Notes: generated from the sequence alone by a model not told the origin. 63,138 bases of DNA, filler included, from Octopus bimaculoides (GCF_001194135.2; 5 parts of 4 records of this genome joined end to end with filler, not necessarily neighbours in it), one strand, 5' to 3'. Positions 12,645 through 26,132 are shown, counted from the whole stretch's first letter. Numbers and translations: made by a program.

Positions 12645-12820
12645 AAAGCGGTATTTCGTCTGTCTTTACGTTCTGATTTCAAATTCCGCCGAAGTCGACT
12701 TTGCCTTTCATCCTTTCGGGAACGATAAATTAAGTACCAGTAGCGTACTGAGGTCGATCCAATCGACTGCCCACCTCCTCAAAAATTTCGGGCCTTGTGC
12801 CTAGAGTAGAAAAGATTATT
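12645..12820 (+). mobile_element. SINE family C, 5'-truncated
   Basis: Collinear with the full copy at 61960-62175 (GTCGACTTTGCCTTTCATCCTTTCG..GATAAATTAAGTACCAG ... GGGCCTTGTGCCTAGAGTAGAAAAG). Confidence 0.85.
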
Positions 12821-13974
12821 TTCATGGGTAATTTCAGATAATCGAAGTCTTTCAATATAATGTATTTAGTATATTGTATTTAGAGCTTATTGTAAGTGTA
12901 TTAAGTATGCAGAACGACATTCTGAATATGCCATACCACCTAGAAGTTTATATTCTGGATTATTTGCATAAAGAATCCCTAACTTAAGTGAATGAGAATA
13001 TATAGGGATGATGGGATTATTAGAATCTGTAATATAAACAGACTTGAGTTAAATATGCTAAGGAAGAATCTTATTGATACGAACTTAAGTGATGTCCACG
13101 TCTAAGATGTCATTTTAAGCAGTTTTATATCATACTGAACTTCTAATGAAATTGCAACTGCCTATCTAGAATTTTCTAGAATATAGTTTATAGTTTAGAT
13201 GAATATATTTCTTTATTATCAGTAGTTAAGGCGGCCTTTATTATAGCTTCACCTTAACAACAATGATGCCCTGAAAGGAAGTTGGTTCTCAGAACAGATC
13301 CACTGAAAATAATTTGAGGAGATCTCACAGAAATAGGATTAGAAAGGTCATGTGATCTAGACATTCAGTACGACTACAAAAAAAAAGCCATAAGTATTAC
13401 AGAATATTCAACAGAAACAATGTGAACGTTAGCTAGAACTTCCTCTCGTTAGTAACATAAGATAAAAAGATTCCGAATCCAATCAAAATTAGTAAAATCT
13501 CAGCAACTGCCTACTTAACAGAAGACCTAAAGTGAGCTTTTCAGATGAAGCACCTTGGAATATTGTCCTACATCGAGTAAAAGCCATTCTATTGTTATTC
13601 TAAATATCTGAATATAGTTTTAACGATGTGGCATAGGTCTTCCTAGGTTTTACTACATAATTTTTCATACCATTAGATAATGTATGCTGCGTGTTAACTC
13701 GTGGGAATAATACAAGAAACAAACTTTAAAAGTAACATCAAGACTTAATTCCTCCGTTATATAGTACAGGGGACAAAATGAACATATCACGAATTCCGGT
13801 GGTTGTATAGTTCCTCAATAGATTCGATAACTCAGCTCAGTCCGTCGTTGGTTATATGTGCTCCATTATATTAATTTTGTTCTGGTGAATAACGGCACGA
13901 AACTAACATGACTCGCCTTCAAGAAAATCGCTCACCCATCCGCTAATAGATGCTTTCCATATCCCGCGCAATAC

Positions 13975-14075
13975 TCATCCAATCAAAGAACAGGACTCAA
14001 CCAATGTTCCAAGCTCACGTGTTAGGTAAGACAGCCAATCATTTTAGATTAACGCGCTGAGCCTATAAAAGGCTG
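13975..14075 (+). promoter_or_regulatory. Candidate Pol II promoter: three CCAAT boxes, an E-box and a TATA box
   Basis: CCAAT at 13979, 14001 and 14035 (flanks ATCCAATCA, AACCAATG, AGCCAATCA); CACGTG at 14016-14021; TATAAAA at 14064-14070. All on one strand in a locally CpG-rich patch. Confidence 0.55.
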
Positions 14076-14984
14076 ATCGCCTTCGATGTACCATAACAGA
14101 ATTTGATCTCATTACACAGTGATTGACTATTTGGAAACAGTAGCCTATGTCACTCAAAGCACGTCCTATTGTCTTTCAAAGAATACTCGATAAACAATGA
14201 TGATGCCCCTACAAATAGTAACCAAATCACGATCAAATCTCACCTTACTTTCTTTAAAACAGATTTTAGTTTGAAAAAAATTATGTGTAACTCGCAGTTT
14301 GTAATAATTTTCTGTTCTATCATGGAAGCAAACAACAACAACAACAACCGGCAGTTTGAAAGAGTAATACTGTATTACCTGATCAACACGTTTTATGGAG
14401 CTGCACATCATTGTTACATGAAAGTATTTGATTAGGTTTCTCTAAATCATAGAAACTTATCAGGAAATTGTTTAAACAACAGACGTGTGGAGTTAATTAT
14501 TACATAACTATTTTCTTATTAAACAGCTGAATCGTAACGCTATAGTTCTTACTACACAATAGCATTTTCTACTTTAGAATATTTCCTGAGTTATAGTATC
14601 TCCTGTCCTATAATACTGGCTACACACCAGTATTTTCTGCATCATAATACTTTCTCCGCAATAGTATTTTTTTGCGTTATAATGCTACCTATTCTATTTT
14701 ATGCCTATTGTTAAAAATAGTAAGTCGGGTATAACCTGGAAGGTTGTACCCTAGCATGGCCGCAGTCCAATGACTGAAGGAAGTAAAATGAAAAAGATAA
14801 AAGATTCACCGCTGTTATCACAATGAAATACGAGACAATCACTGCAAAACACACAAGTAAACACATACAAGCACACATATACATGTAAACTCACACACAT
14901 ACAAAGAAATGAAATTGAGAACATTTGCTATTTGATAAAAAGAAAAAACAACAAAACACCGAAAATTTGAAGTTGGTAACTGTT

Positions 14985-15176
14985 ATAAGCACAAGGCTTG
15001 AAATTTTGGCGGAGAGAGAGCTTGTCGATTTCAACGACTCAAGTATTTGAGTGTTACTTTATTTATCGACTCTGAAAGGATGAAATACAAAGTCGACCTC
15101 GGAGCAACAAGAACCCAGAACCTAAAGCTTAGTATTGTGTTCGGCAGGTTAAAAATTCTTCCAGCTCGTCGCCTTG
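14985..15176 (-). mobile_element. SINE family C, diverged
   Basis: Reverse complement of the family C head (AAGGCGACGAGCTGG) and core (TTTATCGAC...AAGGATGAAA..CAAAGTCGACCTCGG). Confidence 0.7.
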
Positions 15177-15757
15177 AACTTGTTAATGTACGTAATTCGT
15201 TGATGTAAAGAATTTAATGAACTTCTTCTCGTCTTATAGGAGTTAAAGCCAAATTTCTATATTTGTAAGTCATTAATAAGTTATTAAAAGGTGCCAAAAC
15301 AAAAGAAACAATGTTTAAAAAAGGACTAACAAATGAATTAATAAAATATCACCAACGACAACAGCAACTACAGCAACGAAGAAATAAACAAATACTTCAT
15401 TAGTTTTATAGACTTAAAAGGAAATGTTCATAATAGTGTGTTGGATGTATGTACTATTCAACCTAGTACCACATCCATCTTATCCCCCACCAACATCACC
15501 ACTAACCACCTTCATCATCTCAAAGAACCAAGCACCATCTTGCCCCACCATCGTCCTGCAGCATCTCGGTTTCTCTTTCAATTCTGCAACGACATTACTT
15601 TACACACACATGTCTATCTATATATCTATATATGTACACAGATAAAACTCACAAACACATTCAAAGATTAGCGATTCGATTAATCTTCGTGTATTATTCT
15701 TTCTTTCTCCCTTCTTTCTTTCTCCCTTCTTTCTCTCATCTATCTCCCTGATTACAT

Positions 15758-15758
<1 letters not shown>

Positions 15759-15788
<30 letters not shown>

Positions 15789-15815
15789 TTCTCTCTCTCT
15801 ATCTCTCTCTCTCTA

Positions 15816-15906
<91 letters not shown>
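15759..15906. repeat. (CT)n microsatellite
   Basis: Direct reading. Confidence 0.95.
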
Positions 15907-15909
<3 letters not shown>

Positions 15910-16273
15910 TTTCTATCTATTTGTGTCCACGTCTCAATAGCTTCCTGTTTTTCACGCTCTTCTTTTCTCATTCCATGAGATTCATTTAACTTAAACAAGC
16001 AAAATGTATGCCAGACACAATGCAAAACGAAATATTTTCTTATTTACGTGTTCGTGTGATAAAAACTATCCACTTAGATGTTGTAGCGTGTATTGGAATG
16101 TAGGTTCAAACCTAGTTTAAAATCTAAAGTTTAAGATCACTTTCTCTGTAATCATTCTCTGTAATCATGCACAACATATATCAAGACATGTTTAACTTTT
16201 TACAGACTAGTTTCCGGATCACTAAAAATTTTATTGTATAAATTCACACGTGCATACACATGCACACGTGCAT

Positions 16274-16343
<70 letters not shown>

Positions 16344-16959
16344 ACACACATTCACAGATATGAGCGCAACCGTCTCTAAAGTGAGTATAGTTTGGTAATA
16401 AACAGTATCCTTTCGTCACTTGTTTTAGCCAACTATGAAGTCTTGAGCAGAGATAGATACCCTTTCTGCCCTTTCACCCTAAGTGCAGTGGGACATCGGG
16501 AATATAACAGTTAGGAGAGGGAACTGCCACAGCAGTCAGCTTGTGCCTAATTTTCAGTTGAGTCGACTAAAGTAACATGCATAATGCTCTTCCATTTAGA
16601 TTCGTAGTTTTATTGAATGCAGACTGCTCTGGCTTTCATTCTATCCGAAGTCTTGTAAAGTTTCGCATAGCCTTAGCGTAAGCAATATTCTCATTGATTC
16701 CGAGGTATTCACAACATTCATTACCGGAGAAAGAATAGATGAACAAGTCATCCGTATCTATGTTTCTTGTCTGGTCGACAATCCTCGTTTGAAATTAGCA
16801 AATAGGAATTCTTATTTTGACAGAATTCCGTTCCTATGTCCCACAGAAATGTACTCAGTTCTTGGTGCCGTTCATATCACTTGAATACAGACATAGGAAA
16901 TTAAGAAAAGAGTGTGAGTAACATTAATTTTTATCTTTTCTGTTGGTCATATCTTGTCA

Positions 16960-18600
16960 TGTAATCTACGCCGATAAAAGCGCAAGTTCTTCAGCTGCCT
17001 TTCCATTTTCGTCTTACCAGCTTGTAATAATGTCCATCCATTGCGTTCTCTACCTGCTTCTTGTTCTACTACCCTCTACTCTTCCTCCATGATAATGTTT
17101 TTCGGACCTCTACCTCTTCGAATATAGCTATGATAGAAGAGCTTTCGTTTTTACACAATGCTAAGGCGTGGTATTTCACCTACTTGTTGTAACACCCATT
17201 CAGTTGTTCGATGGTCCTTGTAAGAGGCTCATAACATTTTTATATTCACCCACATTTTAAATGCATTGATTATATTCTCTTCAATTATGTTCAAAGTTCA
17301 CGCTTCAGAACTACAAATGCTTATCAGTCAAATGAGTGCATGGACTAGCCTTGTTTTTAAATAAGTTCGGACACTTTTGCTACTCCAGATGTTATTAAGC
17401 TTTCTATGAACGTTTTGCCATGGCTAGCCATGTCCTAATTTCTTTCTTACAGGTATCTTCATCAGAGATTTGGGCTCCAATGTATTCATGCAATTCAGCT
17501 TGTTCGAGTCTCTTTTTGCCCAGTTTGATGTTAACATTTACTTTCTTTTTTCCTACTACCATGACTTTTGTTTTCTTATTGTTGAGATAAAAACTATGCG
17601 TATTTGATAACTTCTCGACTCTATTTATCATTTCCAATCAAATTTATCCAGTATAATCTACATACTTTAGATTAGAAATATGCAAACCGTGTATTATAAT
17701 GCCATCTTCCTGTATTGTATCTCGCATCATCTACTCAACATAGATGCAGAACAAGCATGAAAAATGAATACAACCCTGAGGAACTCCATTTCCATTTTTG
17801 AACTTTTCTGTGTCATCATTATTTACACGAATACAGGACTCTTACTGAATGTAAAGCTGCTTGGTGAACCTAAGGATGTGTCTCGGAATGTCGTGATTTG
17901 ACATAACGCACCACATGTTGATATAGTTTGCACCGTCAAAGGCCTTTCTGTAGTCAAATATATCAGAAGAAAGTTGTAAGGTTGTGTAAGGTTGCAAGTT
18001 GTTTTCTAAAATTGTGTGGATATTTTGCAGATATCTTGTGCCACGTCCACTTCTAATCCAGTCTGTTCTCTAACTATTTCTTGTTCGGGGAACAGTTTCA
18101 AACTTAGGATGATGACCAAAAGTATTTTACTTGCATGTAGTATCAGTGTGATTGTTCGATGATTATCACACATAAGCAGGCCTCCCCTTTTGTGTGTGGG
18201 TGCATATTCTATAGAGGTTGTGGAAGTATCGTTATTGAACTCTTTCCTGCACTTTTGATCAATTCAATCGACACTGCATTGAGACCTGGTACTTTTTCAT
18301 CTTCTAAAAATCTTTCCCAGAGCTTTCTCTACCTCACTCCTTAGTGTCAATCACAGCGACTATTCGAGTACTTTCATACAATTTCTTGGTGTATTCCAAC
18401 CATCTTTGTTTTACCAGTCTTGCTGCTGTTATAACTATTTCTGCTTGTGATTTTATACTGTCCGTGTTTGCAGTGTATTCTCTTTGAGATGCTTCACTTC
18501 TTTTGAGTTAGAGAAGACTTTTCAAGTTATGTTTACTTTGTTCTTCCTGAGTTTCTCAGAAATTGGTTATGTACTTGTAGCGTTTGCATTTCCTTAACCT
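16960..18600 (-). mobile_element. RTE-clade LINE ORF2 remnant (RT domain and C-terminus)
   Basis: Minus frames: HASKILLVII...EQEIVREQTG..SGRGTRD; NMWCVMSNHDIPRHILRFTKQLY...KFKNGNGVPQG; LNNKKTKVMV...EYIGAQISDEDTCKKEIRTWLAMAK; AFKMW...TTEWVLQQVG...KRKLFYHSYIRR...RVEG.R.R.R..QWMDII. Many stops and frameshifts. Confidence 0.85.
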
Positions 18601-18764
18601 GGCTAACAAGGGGTTCAGTGCTAGGACAGGGAGCATTCCAAATAAGCTTTCACTCCAGAATATTCCTGTTGGAAGCCTAGAAATTATAATAGTTTCTTCA
18701 GTCATTATTATTATTAGCTCTGTCGATGATGTTGTTGTCAGTCTCTTAATTGTAATGACTATAG

Positions 18765-19018
18765 CAGTGGTTCTGAACCAATTTTTGCCTATGGACCCCT
18801 TTGATTTCAGTTTTACTCTACTAGGCCGCCATAACCATTCATTGTGTATATTTTAAAAATCCTACTGCATTCTGACAATAAATATCATTAGGAATTGTAA
18901 AAAAATTAAAGTATTTTGTGTAATGTCAAAGTATAAGCAATCTATTATCAATAAATTTTAATAGCAAAAGCTTTTCTGGACGCCCAAGGACAATATGGAT
19001 CCCGATTGAGAACCACTG
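18765..19018. mobile_element. hAT-superfamily MITE (Charlie-type TIRs) with 8-bp TSD
   Basis: TIRs CAGTGGTTCTGAACC (18765) and GATTGAGAACCACTG (ends 19018). Flanks GACTATAG (18757-18764) and GATTATAG (19019-19026), 7/8 identical. Confidence 0.9.
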
Positions 19019-20644
19019 GATTATAGCAATAAAAACCATACCAGGTTAGTAGTGACTCTACAATTAACCAAGGACAAAATCAAAAACCTGCTTGTAGTTG
19101 GCCCAGACTATCAGTAGATTTCGGCCGTGCTGTTTAGTCCCTTAACGACAGCATTGTTAATCAGAAGCTGCTTATCACCGTTTCAGGTACCTTTTTTACC
19201 CTTTTTTACTTGCTCATTCGTCACTACATTGTATATTTAACGATGATCCTGGAAGAAAACATTCAAACAGCCTTTGTGTAACTCATACGTGTCTTTCAAT
19301 CACGCTGTTGACTTGTAGTGTTCAGCCACACGTGTCCCCTGAGCAATTAGTGTTGTACGCACAATTACCAACTGATCTGATACGTCAAGATCAGCGTTCA
19401 GCGTTCTTTCGGACAGGTTAACCAGGGTAGAATATGAGCTCTCTGTACCAATAACCCATTAACAGGTCTTCCCTAGGTGATTCTCTGTTTGCTAGTTTTT
19501 CAACAACCGGTAGGAGAGTCTCAGTGCAGACATAGGTTGAGATATTAATCACTTCGTAGCTCGTGGAATCACATATCACGAAAACTATTTGCTGTTTACA
19601 TACCAGCTGCCACCTTAAAAAAATTTACACTGCTTTTTTATGTATGTATGTATGTATGTATGTAGGTATATGTGTGTGTTTATGTGTGTGCGTTTGAGAG
19701 GTATCTCTCTCTTCCTGTATATATATATATATATATNNNNNNNNNNNNNNNNNNNNNNNNNNNNNNNNNNNNNNNNNNNNTTAATTAATTAANNNNNNNN
19801 NNNNNNNNNNNNNNNNNNNNNNNNNNNNNNNNNNNNAGGAGGAGGAGGAGGAGGAGAGGTTCAGTCCCTGATGGTAAAAATTGTATACTGCTCAGTTACC
19901 AATTATCAAAAAAAAATTCATTTAGATTAACTATGTAAATTTGTTATCACCAAAAGAAAATTTTGTGAAAATGCACAAAATAATTTAGGTCCTATTCTTG
20001 TAAATATGTTTTATGCATGTTTATGGCACTCACCTATAAAGCAGTAAATTGGAAGAGTTGTTAAAGTGACAGAGGAAATAACATGTAGAATTTATTTCAG
20101 TAGCTTGAATCTTGAGTTCAAATCCATCCAAGGTCAACTTTCCCTCTCAGCCTTTCATATCAGTAAATGAAGTATCAGTTCTAAGGTGGTGGGCTGTTGT
20201 AAATGTTAGCATGCTTGGCCAGGTGTCTTACTGTATTGATTCTGATTCTTTGTAATCTGGGTTCAAATCCCACTGTGGCTTACTTCAATTGTAGACTTAA
20301 TCCTTCACCTAGTTTAAGATCACCACCTGGTAACTTGGATGCATTTAGCAGTCTACTCTGTTGTAAATATTCAGGTGAGATCTCCACTTTGAGGACATCT
20401 TCCTCTCCCTCCCACCAGATTTGCAGGCCCTGGCCCTCACTCCTGATTGAGAAATAAACAAAACGATTTGAATCACATTTTCAATTGCTTTGATTCAACA
20501 AATCCCATAAAATCAATATTGCTGGGCCAACTAAAAATTGTCAACACATGTGCATGCATGCATACACTCACACACACACACACAGACATACATACATACA
20601 TACATACATACATACATACACACATACATACATGTTGTTTTCTT

Positions 20645-20980
20645 TGACATGGTTTCTATGGCTGGTTGCCCTTCCTGACACCAACCACTTTACAGAGTGA
20701 ATGAATACCTTTGCATGACACCAGTACCAGCAACGTACTCAAATTACTTGCAAGGCAAGCCTCCTCAACTGAGTGGGGAGTAGTATTGAGGGAGGTGACT
20801 TTGGTGCAGCCCACTTTCTTGCCAGTTCCTGTCAAACCATCCAACTCATGCCAGTATAGAAAACAGACATTAAACCATGTTCATAATGATGATGATAACA
20901 ATGATGACAATGATGATAACAACGATGACAACAACAATGACGATAACAACAATGACAACAATGTTGAAGATGATATCTAA
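20645..20980 (+). mobile_element. Non-autonomous retroposon related to the RTE 3' UTR, with (GAT/CAA)n tail
   Basis: 3' segment GGTGCAGC...CATGCCAGTATAGAAAACAGACATTAAA plus trinucleotide tail matches the RTE 3' UTR at 25978-26130. Confidence 0.6.
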
Positions 20981-22146
20981 ATGATGTGGTTTCATAGCCA
21001 TAGTAAGGGTAATCTGTTACATGAGGGCAACATGTGTTCCAGAAGCTATAGTGAATGCAACCCATCTAAGAAACTCTGAAACTGAATTTCAATCAGAGAT
21101 CAGATACAGTATGGAGAAGGAAACTTCTGCTTTATNNNNNNNNNNNNNNNNNNNNNNNNNNNNNNNNNNNNNNNNNNNNNNNNNNNNNNNNNNNNNNNNN
21201 NNNNNNNNNNNNNNNNNNNNNNNNNNNNNNNNNNNNNNNNNNNNNNNNNNNNNNNNNNNNNNNNNNNNNNNNNNNNNNNNNNNNNNNNNNNNNNNNNNNN
21301 NNNNNNNNNNNNNNNNNNNNNNNNNNNNNNNNNNNNNNNNNNNNNNNNNNNNNNNNNNNNNNNNNNNNNNNNNNNNNNNNNNNNNNNNNNNNNNNNNNNN
21401 NNNNNNNNNNNNNNNNNNNNNNNNNNNNNNNNNNNNNNNNNNNNNNNNNNNNNNNNNNNNNNNNNNNNNNNNNNNNNNNNNNNNNNNNNNNNNNNNNNNN
21501 NNNNNNNNNNNNNNNNNNNNNNNNNNNNNNNNNNNNNNNNNNNNNNNNNNNNNNNNNNNNNNNNNNNNNNNNNNNNNNNNNNNNNNNNNNNNNNNNNNNN
21601 NNNNNNNNNNNNNNNNNNNNNNNNNNNNNNNNNNNNNNNNNNNNNNNNNNNNNNNNNNNNNNNNNNNNNNNNNNNNNNNNNNNNNNNNNNNNNNNNNNNN
21701 NNNNNNNNNNNNNNNNNNNNNNNNNNNNNNNNNNNNNNNNNNNNNNNNNNNNNNNNNNNNNNNNNNNNNNNNNNNNNNNNNNNNNNNNNNNNNNNNNNNN
21801 NNNNNNNNNNNNNNNNNNNNNNNNNNNNNNNNNNNNNNNNNNNNNNNNNNNNNNNNNNNNNNNNNNNNNNNNNNNNNNNNNNNNNNNNNNNNNNNNNNNN
21901 NNNNNNNNNNAGGATAAGATCGATATTTAAAATATTGATCTTATCAAGTGGTCAGCATGGGAATAAAAACCATCAAAGGTAATAATTATTTAAAATTATA
22001 ATACAGGGTATCTAAGAGATACCACCACACTGAAAAATAGCAGTCAAATCCTGACTCTAAAACCACAATAAATGTCCACATAGCATGAGTAGCGAAGACG
22101 AAGACCAAATAAACCAGTAAAAATAACAAGATATATATATATATTT

Positions 22147-22194
<48 letters not shown>

Positions 22195-22393
22195 TTTACA
22201 TCAGTGTAGAACAATCCCTGTTGTTGTTTATTTTCAAATGGTGTCAAATTAAGTACTTCACTGAAGTAAGCATTGGGGTCAATATAATCAATTTAAGAAC
22301 CCTTGATGGTTGTGCCCAAGCAAGACTAGAGTCCAATGACTGCAACTAGTGAAAGAATAAAAAATTATGCATGCATTCTGCTTCATAAACACA

Positions 22394-22478
<85 letters not shown>

Positions 22479-23446
22479 GCACACGCATACAATAGATACA
22501 TTGCTTTTAAAATCTAATCCTATTAAAAATATGACTAATGTATTTTTAATCGGCAGTACATATGAAAATAATTTTCTGTCAGATTTTTTCCCATTCTACA
22601 GATTTTTTTTATGTACTACTAAAACTGTTTGTGTCATCTAATATGCTTAGATTTCAAGTGTTTTGACTTTCTTGAAATATTAGTAAAAATCTCATTCAAA
22701 TACCATCTAAAAAGAGAATGAAAATTTGTGGTAATCTCTTCCAGTTTCATGCTTGACTAAAGCATAAGATGACCATGAGTGGAATATCCTTGATCAATGA
22801 TCTGATAGATCAGGGTTAAACTGGAGATAAACAACAATAACATCATCAACAATGATAACAACAATAACAACAACAAGAAAGAACACATTGGATAGTGAAG
22901 TGAGATACAGTGCATCTGAAAAGTGGTGGGTCATAAGAGAATCTTTGATCATAAGTCTGGTGAATAAGAGCAGGTCTGAAGCTAAATAATCACTTGTTAA
23001 GAGTTTTTAAACTATTAGATAGCTCATTGTGTTACAAACAGAATGAATAAAATTTCATTTCATCACAATGCAGCTACATATTTGAAAAAGAAAAGAAAAA
23101 AGAAAAATTACACAATTTAGAAATAAGATGCCCATTAATTTTTGTCTTTGTATATATCTATATACAACCTTATATACAAAATCCAAATCCAGATTTTGTA
23201 CTGAAGAAGTGAGCCACCACTGCCATCAATAAATGTGGCAGAATTGTGCTAACAAGTTGAATTGTATTCTGGCTCCCAGTGCTGCAACATCCATAACACC
23301 TAAGTTAGCACTGTTATAACATACAGTAAGTTTTGGGCATGTCAAACTTCCCCAAACATCAGTCTGCTGACCAGTGGTTAAGTCGTACTGCTCCATGGTG
23401 TGTCTTTGTTTTTGCAGTGCTTCTCCCCTGTTCATCAATTTTTGTG

Positions 23447-24155
23447 ATGGCTGAAACAAAGGAAGAGCATGCTACCATGAAATTCTGTTTTCGGCTGGGG
23501 AAAATGGTGGCCAAAACAGTTGTCATGCATTAGACAGCTTACAAGAACGCTGCCATGACCAAAACACAAGTTTACAAGTGGTTTCCATGCATTAGGAATG
23601 GTCACTTGTTGCTTGAGGACCAACCTCATCCAGGATGACCATCAACCTCCCAAACAAATGAAAACATCATGAAAATTCATGAACTGATCTTAGAGAACTG
23701 TCACCGAAAAATTGACAAACCTGTTGATATGACTGGTGTGTCCTGGAGCTCCTGCCAACGAATTTTCAGTGAGGAATTGTGAATGAAAAGAGATGCAGCA
23801 AAATTTGTGCCTCACTTGCTCACAGAAGATCAAAAGCAGTCACGACTGAATGCATGTCATGAACTGAAAGAACAGTTGGAAGTTGATCAGGATCTTCTTT
23901 TAGAGGTCATCACTGGTGACAAAAGCTGGTGCTACAGAATTTGCAGATGTGGAAGAGGTGAAAAAAAAATGATGGAGGCATTAAAAGGCATCACTTTGCA
24001 AGAGTTCCAGCACTGCTTCAAATAGTGGAAAACACATCTGGACTGATATATTGCTTCAAATGGAGAATACTTTGAAGGCAATAAAAGTGTAAACATGTAA
24101 AACTGAGTGAATAAAATAATACTGCAAAATTCCGGTTTCTTTTGGGTACCCCTCA
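23447..24155 (+). mobile_element. Mariner-type transposon remnant with internal deletion
   Basis: MAETKEEHATMKFCFRLGK..., KFVPHLLTEDQKQSRLNACHELKEQLE..VITGDKSWCY joined directly to FADVEEVKKK...W..H...IASNGEYFEG. Right end ...TTCCGGTTTCTTTTGGGTACCCCTCA is followed by TA. Confidence 0.85.
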
Positions 24156-24543
24156 TATATATATATACTACATATATATGTGTATATGTACATATGTGAA
24201 TGCAAGTGTGTGTGTATGTATGTGTGTGTGTGTGTGCTTGTATGTATGCATGTATGTGTGTATGTATTAATATGTACATAGAATGCATATGTGAATAGAT
24301 AAATAGATGGATGTAATGTAAATAAAGCTGTAGTCTTTATTCACATTTCGTTTCTAGCCTAACCTACGCTCAATATTTAGTCATGATGAGAATCAACTTA
24401 TAAAAGAAGAATAAGCTTAGGCCTGAATGTTTAAGTAAATATTTTAATATTGAATTAAAAGCTGAGTTGGGTTATATGTTAGATGTTTATACTATGACAT
24501 TTCCACCTGCTTCAATAAGCAATAAGATATTTTAACATATACA

Positions 24544-24586
<43 letters not shown>

Positions 24587-25144
24587 TCATGGTACTTGTG
24601 TGTCATATCTGTGTGTACGTGTGTTTGAGCTCTCACACATACATTCATATATATATATATATATACATACACCTACACACACTCACACCTACACACATCC
24701 ACACACCTACACACACACACACACACACACACACATGCACATGCACACTCACACACACACACACACACACACATAGCACCCATCTAAGTAGGTATGTGCA
24801 TTAGATTTTAAATTTTATATATGTATGACTATACATGTTGTATTTAGCAAAGTTATCTTTGCTACACTAAACATGTAAAATGCAGAAATATATATATATA
24901 TGTTTGTGTGCGTGCGTGTGTGTGNNNNNNNNNNNNNNNNNNNNNNNNNNNNNNNNNNNNNNNNNNNNNNNNNNNNNNNNNNNNNNNNNNNNNNNNNNNN
25001 NNNNNNNNNNNNNNNNNNNNNNNNNNNNNNNNNNNNNNNNNNNNNNNNNNNNNNNNNNNNNNNNNNNNNNNNNNNNNNNNNNNNNNNNNNNNNNNNNNNN
25101 NNNNNNNNNNNNNNNNNNNNNNNNNNNNNNNNNNNNNNNNNNNN

Positions 25145-25224
<80 letters not shown>

Positions 25225-25625
25225 ATCTTTTATTGTTTATCTTTTATTTCAGTCATTAGACACCGACCATGCTGGAGCACAGCCATGAAGAATTTTGTAC
25301 TCAAATGAATCCAGTACTTTTTAAAAGCCTGGTACTTATTCTATCATTCTCTTTTGCTAAACTGCTAAGTTAAGGAGATGTAATCACATCAGTACCAGTT
25401 GTCAAGCAGTGGGGTTGACAGAGACATTGACACATACACACACACACACATATGTATATTAAACAATGAGCTTCTTTCAATTTCCTTCTTCCAAATCCAC
25501 TCACAAGGCTTTGGTCAGCCTCAGGCTATAGTAAAAGACACTTGGCTAAGATGCTATGCAGTGGGACTGAAACCAGAACCATGTGGTTGGGAAGCAGACT
25601 TCTTACCACACGGCCATACCTGCAC
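25225..25625 (-). mobile_element. SINE family A, near full length, diverged
   Basis: Collinear with 608-1033 from tail to head. Confidence 0.85.
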
Positions 25626-25666
25626 GTATGAAGTAGGCACAGACATGGCTGATATATATATATAAG

Positions 25667-26055
25667 TGCCGATCTCTCACTGTGGAGGGAACCTGTGGAA
25701 GAGGTAGACCCAGGAAGATGTAGGATGAGGTTGTGAAATATGGTCTTTGAATGTTGAGTCTCATGAAGGTGATAACAAGTGACAAAGACTGTTGGTGATT
25801 TGTTGTGCTTGAGAAGACACATCCAAGCAAAGTGAAGTCATAGTTGTGGCCAGTGCCAGAGACATGTAAAAGGCATTCATGCCAATATCATATATAAAAT
25901 ACCCAGTACACTCTATGGAGTGGTTGGCATCAAGAAGAGCATCCAGCCATAGAAACCAAGCCAAAATAGACTGGAGCCTGGTGCAGCTCTCCAGTTTACA
26001 AGTTCCAGTCAACCTGTAAAAACATGCCGTCATGGAAAATGAATGCTAAATGACA

Positions 26056-26130
<75 letters not shown>
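25667..26130 (+). mobile_element. RTE-clade LINE 3' end: ORF2 terminus, 3' UTR and (GAT)n tail
   Basis: RSLTVEGTCGRGRPRKM*DEVVKYGL*MLSL...DKDCW*FVVLEKT matches the RTE VEGxRxRGRPRKTW motif; ends in (GAT)n. Confidence 0.8.

Positions 26131-26132
<2 letters not shown>

Noticed and set aside
12830-13700. Possible degenerate RT/RNase H (e.g. LKSVYITDS on the minus strand)
   Set aside because: Only isolated short motifs in stop-riddled frames; cannot be assigned.
19781-19792. TTAATTAATTAA palindrome inside N runs (also 34933, 58609, 61223)
   Set aside because: Each sits between exactly 44 N on each side (100 bp total) and gives stops in all six frames; it is an assembly gap spacer, not biology.
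21011-21057. Possible fifth hammerhead (CTGTTACATGA-GGGCAAC..GTTCC-A-GAAGC-TATA-GT)
   Set aside because: Needs a 4-nt insertion in the core plus further core changes, and stem I is missing; suggestive at most.
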